Part shown: positions 48,601 to 62,024 of the stretch, piece by piece
How the letters are laid out: each line of letters starts with the position of its first letter
How positions within the stretch are numbered: the stretch's first letter is position 1
DNA from: Eledone cirrhosa
Taxonomy: Eukaryota
Direction of reading: 5' to 3'
NCBI GenBank assembly: GCA_964016885.1
Contig: OZ024746.1
Location: forward strand, 31,248,001-31,312,000
Length of the DNA: 64,000 bases
The notes under the pieces: generated by a model
Told to the model about the DNA's origin: nothing
Databases searched by the model: none
The model's input: the letters and a program-made list of their open reading frames with translations, nothing else
Position numbers and translations under genes: made by a program

Positions 48601-50057
48601 AATTTTTTAATGTCTTGTAACAAAATACTGGCGTTTTTTTTACTCTAATTTTGCGCCGTTACCTTATCAAAAATTCGTAACAACACTGGCCGTACCTTGT
48701 CTATGTTGTGATCGAATAAACCTGTGAAGGTATTGTTGTCCCGGGATGGCTACAGTCGTTTGACCGAAACCACTAAGAGTAAAGAGATAAAAATACATAA
48801 GATGAAAAGTTCATAGGCGGACCAAGATACTCTCCTGGAATAACCAAATGCGGTTTATTTTCCAACATAATCTCAGGAAAGAGACAATGCAGTTATTAAG
48901 AAGAGGTGAAATTAATGCATGAAAGATTTCACAGCACTAGCATCTCTCCTTCATAGTCAGCCTATGAAATGTTCTGCCCACCCTCGTATACGCCCCCCCC
49001 CATCCTCACACAGATATAGACAAACATTGACTCATACACACACTTGTACAAACATATTGACACCACACACATTGACACAAATATACGTACAGACACACAC
49101 ACACACACACATTGACACATACATACGTAAACACATTCAACACTGACGTACGTACAGACACACATTGACACACACACGCACGCACACGCACACAGTCCCC
49201 ACAGTCCCCATCGGCGGTGAAACATTGAAATAATCTCCCTCTAACAAAAGAGATGTTTATGTTTCAGTTTTTATAAAAACATTCAACTAAAACATTTCAT
49301 TTCCTTCAGTCTCCTGAAATATTTGTCAACAATTGGTAATATCTGGCGGTGGCGGTGGATTTTATTTGGTAATGGTGGTGTTGGTGGTGGTAGTGAGGGA
49401 TCTTTATATAGTAATGGTGATGGTGGTAGTGAGGAGGTTTTATGTAGTAATGTTGGTGATGGTGGTAGTGAGGGGGTTTATATAGTAATGGTAGCGGTGG
49501 AGAGTAGGGCTTTATATAGTAATGGTAGCGGTGGTGGTGGTGGGGTTTTATTTAGTAATAGTGGTAGTGATGATGGTGGGACAGGTCTTCATATCGTAAC
49601 GGTGGTAGGGGTGTTTATATAGTAATGGTGGGGGCTGAGGACTTTATATAATGGTGGTGGTGGTAGAGGTAATGGCTTTAAATAACGGTAGTGGTAGGGT
49701 TTTATAAAGTAATGGTGGTGGTGGGTCTTTATATAATGGTAGTGGTGGAGGTGTTTATATAATAATGGTGGTGGGGAGTTATATTGTGGAAGCGGTGGTG
49801 GCGGAAACTTTATATAGTTGTAGTGGTGGCAGTGGTCGGAAGAGCCGTACAGTGAGGGGATATGACTGAGGAAGAGAGAGAGCGGGGGACACCGTCTCCA
49901 AGTGAAGGTTTATAGAGAAAGAGAGAGGGAGATGGTTTCTTATCAGATAGGTAGATGTTTGTAGTAGGGTTGCAGGAAGGGGAGGAATAAGCCTGTGTAG
50001 GAGAAGGTTAGGAGGAGGGAAATAAGGTACAGGATATTAACCTTTCATTACTATATT

Positions 50058-50540
50058 GTTGTTGGACCTCCGTCAGTTAGGACGACGAGTGTTCAAACAA
50101 CAGAATAGTCTGCTTGTGAAATTAACGTGCTAGTGGCCGAACATTATCAAGGAGATGGTGGATTGGCAGTATTGGTAGAGTGACGGATGCCATGCTTTGG
50201 CGCATAGAGTTACGGCCCTTGCCATTCTGAGTTCAAATCCCGCCGAGGTTAACTTTGCCTTTCATCCTTACGGGGTCGATAAAATAAAGTACCAGTAATA
50301 CACTGGATAATTGCTGGCCTTGTGCCTAAAGTAGAAACAATTATCAAGGAGATTCAGTGTGACACAGTAAGGGTCAAGACCGGGTCTTTGAATCGCAGTT
50401 AAAACTCAATTTTGCCAGCTTAGTGGACCGGAGCAATGTGAAATAAAGTGTCTTGCTCAAGGACATGTTGCTCTGTTAGAAATCGAACTGACGACCTTAC
50501 AATTGAGAAGCAATACCTTAACCACTAAGCCACATGTATT
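50058..50540 (-). mobile_element. CORE-like SINE interrupted by a nested SINE
   Basis: Homologous to 47912-48212 on both sides of the insert. Confidence 0.8.
50157..50339 (+). mobile_element. Full-length MetaSINE-like SINE with 14-bp target-site duplication
   Basis: ATTATCAAGGAGAT at 50143-50156 and 50340-50353; A box TGGCAGTATTGG, B box GTTCAAATCC. Confidence 0.92.
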
Positions 50541-51859
50541 TACATTGTTACAATATTTCTAATGAAAGATACTGCCTTTGCTTTTCAAATCGCTTTGAAA
50601 ATAATCAAAACTTTAAAACGACTTAGTTATATAACGAAATAACTCGTTAATTGTATTCGGAACATAACTTAACAAAGGTCTTTATATAAAATTATGATGG
50701 AAGGTTTTTAGATAAATATAAACACTAAAGAACAAGTTTGAGTGACAGCATGGGGAGGAATGGTAGGTGTGTTTGAGACGGAGGGGAAGGGATTGAGAGA
50801 CGTGGGGAGAAGGGAGAGGATGATGTGTAATAGTGGAAGGAATGAGGAAGGGGGTGTTTGGTGAATAATGAGGGGAGCAGGGTGGGTTTTCGTGAATGAG
50901 AGGGGAGGGTTAATGAATAATGAAGGGGGGAAGGGGAAGGAGGAGTAGTTATAAAACAATCTGTTGATGAAATCACGCACAATATTGTCAGAGTTGACAG
51001 ATGACAGATGCGGTGGGGGTGGTATATAGTAGTGGTGGTGATGGTGGTGATGTGTGGTGTTGGTATGAGGTGGTGGTGGTGACGGTAGTATGAGATGGTT
51101 GGGGTGGTGATGGTATGTAGTGTGGGGTGGTATGCAGGTGGAGGGTAATGGTGCTGCTATGTAGAGTGGGTGTGGTATGTAAGGGTCGTGGGGGAGGGGT
51201 AATAGGAATGGTGGTGCTGTTATGTAGAGAGGAGAGGTGGTAGTCACAGATTGTTGTTTCCATTAAAAGTTAGGATGGCCATGGCTAGAATACCTTTCAT
51301 TATAGATCTGCTGAATCAGGGCTAACCCACGATAACAGAAACCCTCATGTGACTTGGAACCCTTATGTAAATTGGAACCCTTATGTGACGTGGAACCCAT
51401 ACTTATATTTACCCCCCCCCCCCCCGTGTAAGACATTAATCAGCAGCAGCACCAGCAGCATTTTATGTACACTTTCCGTGTTGGCATGGGTTGGACTGGT
51501 TGTCACAGTCTGTGATTAAACAGGTCAGAGAGACCTCATTTTGCTCATTACATTCTGTATCTGGCATGATTCTATGGAAGGATGCCCTTCCTAACACCAA
51601 CCACAGTACAGGGTTGTTTTTGTGGCACCAGTACTAACACTCTACAGAGTGAACTGGGTGCACTTTTTATCCTGACACTAATACCAGAGAGATTGTCACG
51701 TGCTAGGACAGACACTATATGGTCTCCGTTCAATTACCAAACACATTAAATGAAGCCAAAATTGTTTTACAGTGAGAATTTATTCATACTAAAATATATA
51801 TTTATCAAAATATAAAACCTTAGCCATATATTTTATATATAGTTATATCATGTGGACAC

Positions 51860-52085
51860 AGTATAACCAAATGGTTAAAGTGTTCACTTTGCAGTCATTA
51901 GCCCACTGTAGGTCATCTTGTGTAAGTGTCATTTACCATAGTCCCAGTTCAACCCATGCCTTGTGAGTGAAGTTTGGTAAATGGAAACCTTTTGGAAGCC
52001 CATCAAATGGACTGTATCTGTAATTCAAAGGGTCATCTTTATCACACACTGTGTCATGTTGAATCACCCTGGGAACTATAAATAA
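51860..52085 (+). mobile_element. Degenerate tRNA/CORE-like SINE
   Basis: AAATGGTTAAAGTGTT head, TCTTGTGTAAGTGTC, CTGTAATTCAAAGGGTCA body. Confidence 0.55.
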
Positions 52086-52089
52086 GGAG

Positions 52090-53430
52090 GTGATTCAGAG
52101 CCACAGAACCCCAGATGTTCCCATTGCTATGTGTTCAGAGCCACAGAACCCCAGATGTTCCCATTGCTATGTGTTTAGAGCCACAGAACCCCAGATGTTC
52201 CCATTGCTATGTGTTTAGAGCCACAGAACCCCAGATATTCCCATTGCTATGTGTTTAGAGCTACAGAACCCCAGATATTCCCATTGCTATGTGTTCAGAG
52301 CCACAGAACCCCAGATATTCCCATTGCTATGTGTTCAGAGCCACAAGACACCAGATATTCCCATTGCTATGTGTTCAGAGCCACAGGACACCAGATATTC
52401 CCATTGCTATGTGTTTAGAGCCACAGAACCCCAGATGTTCCCATTGCTATGTGTTCAGAGCGACAAGACACCAGATATTCCCATTGCTATGTGTTTAGAG
52501 CCACAGAACCCCAGATGTTCCCATTGCTATGTGTTCAGAGCAACAAGACCAGATATTCCCATTGCTATGTGTTTAGAGGCACAGAACCCCAGATGTTCCC
52601 ATTGCTATGTGTTCAGAGCCACAAGACACCAGATATTCCCATTGCTATGTGTTTAGAGCCACAGAACTCCCAGATGTTCCCATTGCTATGTGTTCAGAGC
52701 CACAGAACCCCAGATATTTCCATTGCTATGTGTTTAGAGCCACAGAACCCCAGATGTTGCCATTGCTATGTGTTCAGATCCACAGAACCCCAGATGTTCC
52801 CATTGCTATGTGTTTAGAGCCACAGAACCCCAGATGTTCCCATTGCTATGTGTTTAGAGCCACAGAACCCCAGATGTTCCCATTGCTATGTGTTCAGATC
52901 CACAGAACCCCAGATATTCCCATTGCTATGTGTTCAGAGCCACAGGACACCAGATATTCCCATTGCTATGTGTTCAGAGCCACAAGACACCAGATATTCC
53001 CATTGCTATGTGTTCAGAACCACAGAACCCCAGATATTCCCATTGCTATGTGTTCAGAGCCACAGGACACCAGATATTCCCATTGCTATGTGTTCAGAGC
53101 CACAGAACCCCAGATATTCCCATTGCTGTGTTCAGAGCTACAGAACCTCAGATGTTCCCATTGTTATGTGTTCAGAGCCACAGAACCCCAGATATTCCCA
53201 TTGCTATGTGTTCAGAGCCACAGGACACCAGATATTCCCATTTCTATGTGTTCAGAGCCACAGGACACCAGATGTTCCCATTGCTATGTGTTTAGAGCTA
53301 CAGAACCTCAGATATTCCCATTGCTATGTGTTCAGAGCCACAGAACACTAGATATTCCCATTGCTATGTGTTCAGATCCACAAGACACCAGATATTCCCA
53401 TTGCTATGTGTTCAGAGCCACAGAACACCA
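52090..53430. repeat. 40-bp tandem satellite, ~33 copies
   Basis: GTGTTCAGAGCCACAGAACCCCAGATRTTCCCATTGCTAT. Confidence 0.97.
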
Positions 53431-53864
53431 CTTATCAGAAAGTGGCTGCCACTTAAATTTTTTTATTAAAAGACATCTTATATCTTGTGGAACACAAAAT
53501 TTTTCTGCAGAACCCTGGGTTCTAATCTGGGAAGAATCTTTCAATAATATTAATAAATAACCCCCAACAGTTGCAGCTAGTTCAGTGTAGTCAGTTCAGT
53601 ATTGAAGAAAGATGAATTGATCATGGCTGGACTACCTTTAGATTAGGGCTGACCAAGGGCTAAACATCACCACTCCATCATCACCACCACTCCACCACCA
53701 CCATAGTTCCACTACTATCACCACTCTACACCGTCATCACCACTCTATCACAAACACCACCCTGCCACCATCTGTAACCTATGGAGACTAAAGCTCAACA
53801 ATGTTTAGAGGGGGTGGGGGGGGGAGGTCAGTAAGTGCCACTTTGTCTCTCACTAGTAGAGAGA

Positions 53865-53901
<37 letters not shown>

Positions 53902-54729
53902 TATGTGTGTGTGAGAGAGACAGACCATTGTAATTCTCTCTGTCATCTAATTTACATCAATTCCACTAATAGCTGTCCATTTTCTTGGTGACAACCACAC
54001 TGCTTCCTGTATATCTAGCATGCAGTTGCTTGCTTGCAGCAAACTATTGCACTTTACTTTGCAACTTACATTGACCATCAAATGTCAAACATGTTCTACA
54101 TAGTGCAATGGGAAAGACAAAACTCTACACATAAAATGCAATGTTTTCACGTCTGTACATTCTCTGTTGCATACATACATACACACATACATACATACAT
54201 ACATGCACACACACACACATACATGTATACACATGTATATACATGCATATACACACACACACATGCATACATACACACATATTTATACATACATACAAGC
54301 ACACACATATACATCAATCACTCAATCATGTTATATCTAATTTCCCCACTGTCATGGGTTGGATTAGTCAGAGAACCATGTCTTCCTCACAGATTACATA
54401 TCTTCGAAAGGTTTCTACTGCTGGATGTCCTTAAAGCCAAACACTTTACTGGGTGTACTGGGTATATTTTATCATGTACTGGATGTATTTTATTGTAGCA
54501 CCAAAACTAGCACTTTACAGAGTATACTGGGTGCATTTTATTGTGATATTAGCATTAACACTAGTGTGAATTATATTTTATTGTAGGATCAGTACTAACA
54601 CTTTATAGAATGTACTGGATATATCTTATTGTGGCACCCACACTACCATTTTACAGGGTATGATAGGTGTATTATATCATGGCAGTAGCACTAGAGAACT
54701 TGTCATGTCCTCAGCAAGACTAAAGAGTT

Positions 54730-56040
54730 CACTGCTACCACCACAACACCACTGCCACACCCACGACACCACTGCCGCCACGACGACACCACTGCCACTA
54801 CTGCCACACCCACGACACCACTGCCACCACCACAGCCACCACCAGCACAACACTGCTGCCACCACCACAACACCATGACACCACTGCCACTACCACGAAA
54901 CCACTGGCACGACTACAACACTGCTGCCACCACCACAACACCACTGCCACCACCACAACACCACAGCCACCACCACAACACCACTGCCACCACCACAACA
55001 CCACTGCCACCAACACAATACTGCTGCCACTACTACAACACTGCCACCACTACAACACTGCTGCCACTACTACAACACTGCTGCCACCACTACGACACCA
55101 CTGCCACCACTACAACACTGCTGCCACTACCACAACACCACTGCCACTACTACAACACTGCTGCCACCACTATGACACCACTGCCACCACTACAACACTG
55201 CTGCCACTACCACAACACTACTGCCACCACCACAACACCACTGCCACCACCACAACACCACTGCCACCACCACGACACCACTGCTACCACTACAACACCA
55301 CTGCCACCACTACAATACTGCTGCCACCACTACAACACTGCTGCCACTACTACAACACTGCTGCCACCACCACGACACCACTGCCACCACCACAACACCA
55401 CTGCCACCACCACAACACCACAACACCACTACAACACTGCTGCCACTACCACAACACTGCTGCCACCACCATGACACCACTGCCACCACTACAACACTGC
55501 TGCCACTACCACAACACTGCTGCCACCACCACGACACCACTGCCACTACCACAACACTGCTGCCACCACCACGACACCACTGCCACCACCACGACACCAC
55601 TGCCACCACTACAACACTGCTGTCACTACCACAACACTGCTGCAACCACCACAACACTGCTGCAACCACCACGACACCACTGCCACCACTATAACCTGCT
55701 GCTGCTACCACAACACTGCTGCTACCACCACGACACCACTGCCACCACTACAACACTGCTGCCACTACCACAACATCACTGCCACCACCACGACACCACT
55801 GCCACCACTACAACACTGCTGCCACTACCACAACACTGCTGCAACCACCACGACAACACTGCTGCAACCACCACAACACTGCTGCCACCACCACAACACT
55901 GCTGCCACTACCACAACACTGCTGCTACCACTAAGACACCACTGCCACCACCACGACACCAGTGCCACCGCTACAACACTGCTGCCACTACCACAACACT
56001 GCTGCCACCACCACGACACCACTGCCACCACAACACCAAC
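54730..56040. repeat. CCA/CTG/ACA-derived ~21-bp minisatellite
   Basis: ACAACACTGCTGCCACCACC-type units. Confidence 0.93.
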
Positions 56041-56174
56041 AGTTGATATTGTTTTTTTACAACTAAGTTTCTGATCAAATGTAGAAAACTAGAGAAATAG
56101 GATATTGATTCCTTTGACTACACTACCATTTCTTCGAGAGAGAGAGATGGGGGGGGGGGAGACAAAGAGAGCAA

Positions 56175-56345
56175 GTGAGAGATATTCCTATAAGTCCTTC
56201 TCTACCATTCCTTCTTCTTCAAGAGAGAGATATTCCTATAAGTCCTTCTCTACCATTCCTTCTTCTTCAAGAGAGACATTCCTATAATTAGTCCTTCTCT
56301 ACCATTCCTTGTTCAAGAGAGACATTCCTCTAATCAGTCCTTCAA
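56175..56345. repeat. ~48-bp tandem repeat, ~3.5 copies
   Basis: GAGAGATATTCCTATAAGTCCTTCTCTACCATTCCTTCTTCTTCAAGA. Confidence 0.85.
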
Positions 56346-56616
56346 CTCTGTCCACCACCATGTTTCCACCATAACAATATGATAGAGCAAGATTTTAACA
56401 TAGAAAAAAATATAGGCATGTGTCAGTGTTGTAAAAAAATATACTCTATATGATACACTACTAACTGGCAGGGAATATATACCAAAAACATACACACACA
56501 TATTTTATGTATGTGTGTATTTTCATTGTTCAATACACAGACACAAATATATATATATATATATATGCATCATCATCATCATCATACACACACACACACA
56601 TATATGAGTGTGTATG

Positions 56617-56648
<32 letters not shown>

Positions 56649-56884
56649 ACATACATACATACACAATGAACTAACTCTCTACCTATACCTGACTTCTGTT
56701 TTTATTGTTCAAACATATATGTACATACATGATGATATATATATATATATATATATATATAATGATGTATAATTATTTTGTTATTCTCTTCCATGTAGCT
56801 TCTGTTGTTCTGTGCCATGTCTTTGTGAGAAAAATACTGTTATTTTCTATAAATCATGTCTATATTTGTTAGCATAGAGATACA

Positions 56885-58150
56885 CCATCATCAACATCAT
56901 TTAAATATCTGCTTTTCCATGCTGGCATGTGTTGGCTAGGTTGTCACAGACCAAATCAGTGCACCACCCTCCTTGACAGGCTTGGGGCTGTTTCTTGTTT
57001 ACATACATTCCATTTTTTATATGGTTTCTACAGCTAGATGTCCTTCCTAACAATAACCACTTTACTGAGTGTGCTGGGTGCATGTTATTGTGTCATCAGC
57101 TCTAGAGACATCATATCCTTGACATAACTGAAAAGTCTGGTAAATTTTCTATAGTTCTATGTCTTATCACCAATTGATGTATTGTTTCTCTGTAACACAT
57201 TATATAGAGCACCTTGTCCACCCTGTAAGGTGGTTGTTTTGGTGACTCAATAAAAAGCACCCAATACACCTTGTAATGTGGTCGCGTTGGTGTCACAACA
57301 AAAAATATCTAGTCCACACTATAAGGTGGTCATACTGGTGATACAACAAAAAACACCTATTACCACTAGGTGATTGTGTTTGTGACTATGACAAAAAGCA
57401 CCCAATCCACCCTGTAAGATAGTCATGCCTTTGACATGTTGAAAAAGTACCCAGTCCAAATATGTCAGTTGGCCATGATAAAAAGCACCCAGTTCATGCT
57501 GTAAAGTGGTTGGTACTAGGAAGGACATCCAGCCATAGAAATCAAGCCAGAAACTGTTCTGTATGATCAAGACTCAGTCACCTGACCTGATGTGTCTCAC
57601 AACGGGACAACTCATCTAGCCCATGCCAGTGTGAAAAATAGATGTTAAATGATGATGATGATGATGATGATGATGATAAAGCCTCATGTTTGTATTAGTA
57701 ACTATTCAAATACAGCACACACCAATTCTCATTAATATGTGCATTATATTATTTACATTATATAACAATCTATAAGACCTCCCATAATAGCTTCTACAAA
57801 TACCACCAACTGTTTCACTAATCACCATCATCATCATGTGCTTTCGATGCTGGCATATGTTGGCCTGGTTGACATGGTTTCAGACCAGGACAGATTACCT
57901 TGGTTTCAGACCAGATCAGTCTGTATGGCCTCATCTTGTTCATACATTCCATATTTAGCATAGTTCTTATAGCTGGATACCCTTCCTAGCATCAACCAGC
58001 TTACAGTGTGTACTGGGAGTATGGTTTCATGGCACCACTGCTTCCATTTTACAGGGTGTACTGGGTCTGTTTTATTGTATCAACTTCACTACCACTTTAG
58101 AGAGTGTACTAGGTACATCTTATCATAGCACCAGCACTAGAGAGGTTGTT
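56885..58150. mobile_element. Cluster of RTE-tailed SINE copies (56885-57085 -, 57490-57676 +, 57825-58020 -)
   Basis: (GAT)n tails, CCCATGCCAG..GAAAA..GATGTTAAA ends, TAGGAAGG.CATCCAG core. Confidence 0.7.
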
Positions 58151-58665
58151 ACATGTTGGTCCAGGCAGCAGAGTCTGCTCAAACTCTATATTGTCTCCAT
58201 TCAATTGCCAACACTCTAATCTTTGCTCTCTCACCATCTTTACTTTTATTATTACTAATGTCTGCATTATATTATCTGCATTATATAACAATCTCTACAA
58301 CCACCCACAACACCAACAGTTTCAATAATGGCTATACTACATTACCTAACAATCCATAATCCCTTTCATTAACACTATCCCAATAATGTCAATACCATCA
58401 TTATCTACATTATCAATAACCTCTCCCTTGTTAATACTATTCCAATAATGTCATTACCAATATTATCAACATTGTCACTACCAACATTATCTACACAATG
58501 TGTCTATAAAACCTCCCAAAAGCCATCAACTGAAAACAAATTTGTTTTTAGTTTTGATGGCTTCTTTGATCAATACTTTCTAAATATCTGTCTTTTTATT
58601 CAAAAATCGTTTAAGAACCTCTCTCTGGGAAACTATATATAATTCTAGTTGAAACCAGTTGTGTG

Positions 58666-58801
<136 letters not shown>

Positions 58802-58847
58802 GACGTTAAACCATCATCATGTGTGTGTGGACGTTAAACCATCATCA

Positions 58848-58893
<46 letters not shown>

Positions 58894-59069
58894 GACGTTA
58901 AACCATCATCATGTGTGTGTGTATATATATATATGAGTGTGTGCATGGGTAACCATATATATATAATATGTAAATATATATATTTTTTATGATCTATCTG
59001 GTCTCATCTGGTTTCGAATTAATCAATCAATCCCATCTATTATTGATTATTTTAGACACACACTCACAA

Positions 59070-59114
<45 letters not shown>

Positions 59115-59759
59115 AGACAGACAAATATGTCTGTAGTTTGCTATAGGAACATCTTGCCATTGTTTAATAAATCTATAAATCACTTAAATAGTTCTGGCAG
59201 TCCAAAGGATGGACACGTTTTCAACACAATTCCACTTCTGCCCACCACCTCTTCTATCTCTCTCCTCCACCCCACCTCTTCCATCTCTCCTCCTCTCCTC
59301 CATCTCTCCCCTCCTCTTCTTCTGCGTCTTTGTTTCTCTTCTTTTTCTTCGCTGTTCCGTTTTCTTCTATCAATAATCAGAAGACTAAATACAACTGTTA
59401 TTCAAGTCAATGAGTTAATATGTCTGTGTGTATATGACAGTGACAAGGCTGCCCTTTGCCCTTTTTAATTACAAATCTAAGGTTATGATGAATGATACTT
59501 GCCCAAGACAGTGAGATCGAATACCAACTAAGACATACACACACATCAGAAATACGTATTACTGAACCTTAAAGGATCAAAGTTTTATGGTATGGTATGG
59601 ACCCGAAACTCCTGAGGAGTTGTAGGTGTGTCATATTGACGTACAGCGTTTCTAGGGCATTTTTTTAAACTGGCAGAGCCCATCTCCTCTCCAGGACTGA
59701 ATACAGTAGATTTCTTCCAGAGAATGATAGAGTGAGAGAAAGAGATATATAGAAGAAGA

Positions 59760-59920
59760 ATTGACCCCAGTACTTGACTGGTATTTTTTTATTGGCCATG
59801 AATGGATAAAAGGTAAAGTTGACCTTGACGGGATTTGAACTGAGAGAGCAGAGAGCCAAAACCAATACCACAAAGCATTCTATCTGACGTTCTAACAACT
59901 CTGCCAATTTGCCACCTATC
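59760..59920 (-). mobile_element. Degenerate MetaSINE-like SINE
   Basis: CTGGTATTTTTTTATTG..GGATAAAAGGTAAAGTTGACC..GGGATTTGAAC. Confidence 0.7.
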
Positions 59921-59952
59921 AAAGTTTTATAAATTCATATAATTAAAGAAAA

Positions 59953-60125
59953 TCATCATCATCATCATCATCATTTTTACGTCCGATTTTCCTTGCTTGC
60001 AAGGGTGGGACGGGAATTGATTCTGGCTTGAATTCTACAGCTGGATGCCCTTCCTAACACCAACCTCATTTACAGTGAGTGCTGGGTGCTTTTTTGCCGT
60101 GGCACCTCCACGACCACTCTACAGT
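59953..60125 (-). mobile_element. RTE-tailed SINE with (GAT)n tail
   Basis: (CAT)n-TTTTACGTCCGATTTTCCTTGCTTGCAAGGGTGGGAC...CTGGATGCCCTTCCTAAC. Confidence 0.8.
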
Positions 60126-60164
60126 GGAATGATATGGACTCCATTCCCTATCATCTCATTTCTA

Positions 60165-60297
60165 CAGCTGAGTAAACTGAAGCAATGTGAAATAAAGTGT
60201 CTTGCTCAAGGAAACAACACATCACCCGGTCTGAGAATTGAACTCACAACCTTTCGATTGCAAGGCCAATGCTCTAACCACTAAGCCATGTGCCTCC
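60165..60297 (-). mobile_element. 5' part of tRNA/CORE-like SINE
   Basis: GCAATGTGAAATAAAGTGTCTTGCTCAAGG...GAATTGAACTC...CTAACCACTAAGCCA. Confidence 0.82.
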
Positions 60298-61149
60298 AAA
60301 ATATATATAATAATTGTTTTAATGACCCTTCAGTTATGTCAAAGACATGACAACCTCTCCTGTAGAATGTGGGACCATACATAAGTGAGATGTGACTTGC
60401 TGTCCTGTATGTGAGGTCAGTAGTCCTGCTTTAGTACTGATTTGATCTACGTAGTCCCGTTCAACCCTTGCTGGTAGGGAAAGCAGACATCAAACAAAAC
60501 ATTGATGATACATCATAATTTCCTGTAATCAATATTAAAACACTAAACATCTTTGCCACGTATATCTTATTTCGGAGAATGAGGTGAATAACTGGGTTAA
60601 TGGACTATTATAATAGTTTAGTAGTAAACTCTATCTAGTACTATGATTTCTATTAGCTATTAACTATATTATTAGTATCTCTATCTTAGTCATCTTTTGT
60701 ATCTTTTAGTTGTTGAATAAAGGCTTTGTTGTTGTAGTTAACTTTACAATGGGATCCACACATTGTATGACTAGCCTAGGGTAGGTACACATTGTAGAGA
60801 TAGCTTATGGTTCTAAGTACCCAGTACACCCTGTAAGGTGGTTGGTCAGTTAAATCTACTTAGGTGTAAACTGTAAAATAATCATGATAGGATTGGATCC
60901 CCTATCATTAGAAACCTCCTATGAGATAGACCTGCATAGGTGTGAACTGTAAGTTCCATTTTTTTAGACATACACCAGAATATTTATTTGAATATGATGG
61001 CCAAAGAAATGTCAAGGATAACAGCTAGCAATACCTGTTGTAGCAGCCATTCTACTTAGTTGGGTTCCTTCTTGAGACATGAAAGGTATGCCCTTATCTC
61101 AATTTGGCAGAGAAAAATGGCACTGGGGATATCAATGGCGTGGACTTAT

Positions 61150-61600
61150 TAATTCCCTTAAACTACTCCTGGTTTTATGATACAAAACTATTGTTTTATA
61201 ATGTATATATTTATCTATAAACATTCCATCATAATTTTATAGACGAACCTTTAACCCTTTAGCATTTAAACCAGCCATATCCGGCCAGAATTCTCTCACC
61301 TCTTTCTGTCCAAATTGGCTGTAACCAGTCACTCATATTGATGTTAAGGTATTGTTATCAAAATAAATGATATCAAAATCTCACAGATTTGATATTATGT
61401 GGGATATTATGTGAGCTAAAATGTTTACCATAAAAATACAATAGTATATATAGAGTAATGTAAATGCTAAAGGGTTAAGTTATGTTCCAAACATCAGCTT
61501 TGTAATGACAAAGTTATATTACTTGATCCCAATTTCTAAATTATTTAAAACCCATAGGGGATAGTATCTTTCATTGGAAATATGGTGACAAAAGGGTTAA
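61150..61600. mobile_element. piggyBac-type MITE (host) containing a nested MITE
   Basis: Body homologous to 31699-31942; ends AAAGGG|TTAA. Confidence 0.8.
61255..61474. mobile_element. Second piggyBac-type MITE family, 14-bp perfect TIR, TTAA duplication
   Basis: TTAA|CCCTTTAGCATTTA ... TAAATGCTAAAGGG|TTAA. Confidence 0.92.
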
Positions 61601-61843
61601 CCTTGTATTTGACTGTCTAACTCTGATTTTCTTTTGTAATCTGGATACTGGAGTAAAGTAAAAAAGACAAAACGCCAACATTTATGGAAAGAGACAAAGA
61701 AAAAGAGAGAGAAGCTATAATCTGGTTCTTCTTTAATGTCTTCATCTTTCAATAATAATCTTTCTTTCTTTATATGTATATATATATATATATATATGTC
61801 TATGCGTGTGTGTGTATACTCATATATATATATATATATATAT

Positions 61844-61862
61844 ACATGTACACTCAATTAGT

Positions 61863-61893
<31 letters not shown>

Positions 61894-61904
61894 CATTCAA
61901 TTAG

Positions 61905-61938
<34 letters not shown>

Positions 61939-61985
61939 CACTCAATTAGTATATATATATATATATATACATGTACATTCAATTA

Positions 61986-62020
<35 letters not shown>
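61844..62020. repeat. CATGTACAYTCAATTAG-(TA)n tandem units x4
   Basis: Seen directly. Confidence 0.85.

Positions 62021-62024
<4 letters not shown>

Noticed and set aside
52209-53560. Cys/His repeat ORFs resembling zinc fingers; CRISPR-like periodicity
   Set aside because: The 40-bp unit is not a multiple of 3, has no C2H2 spacing and no unique spacers; eukaryotic satellite.
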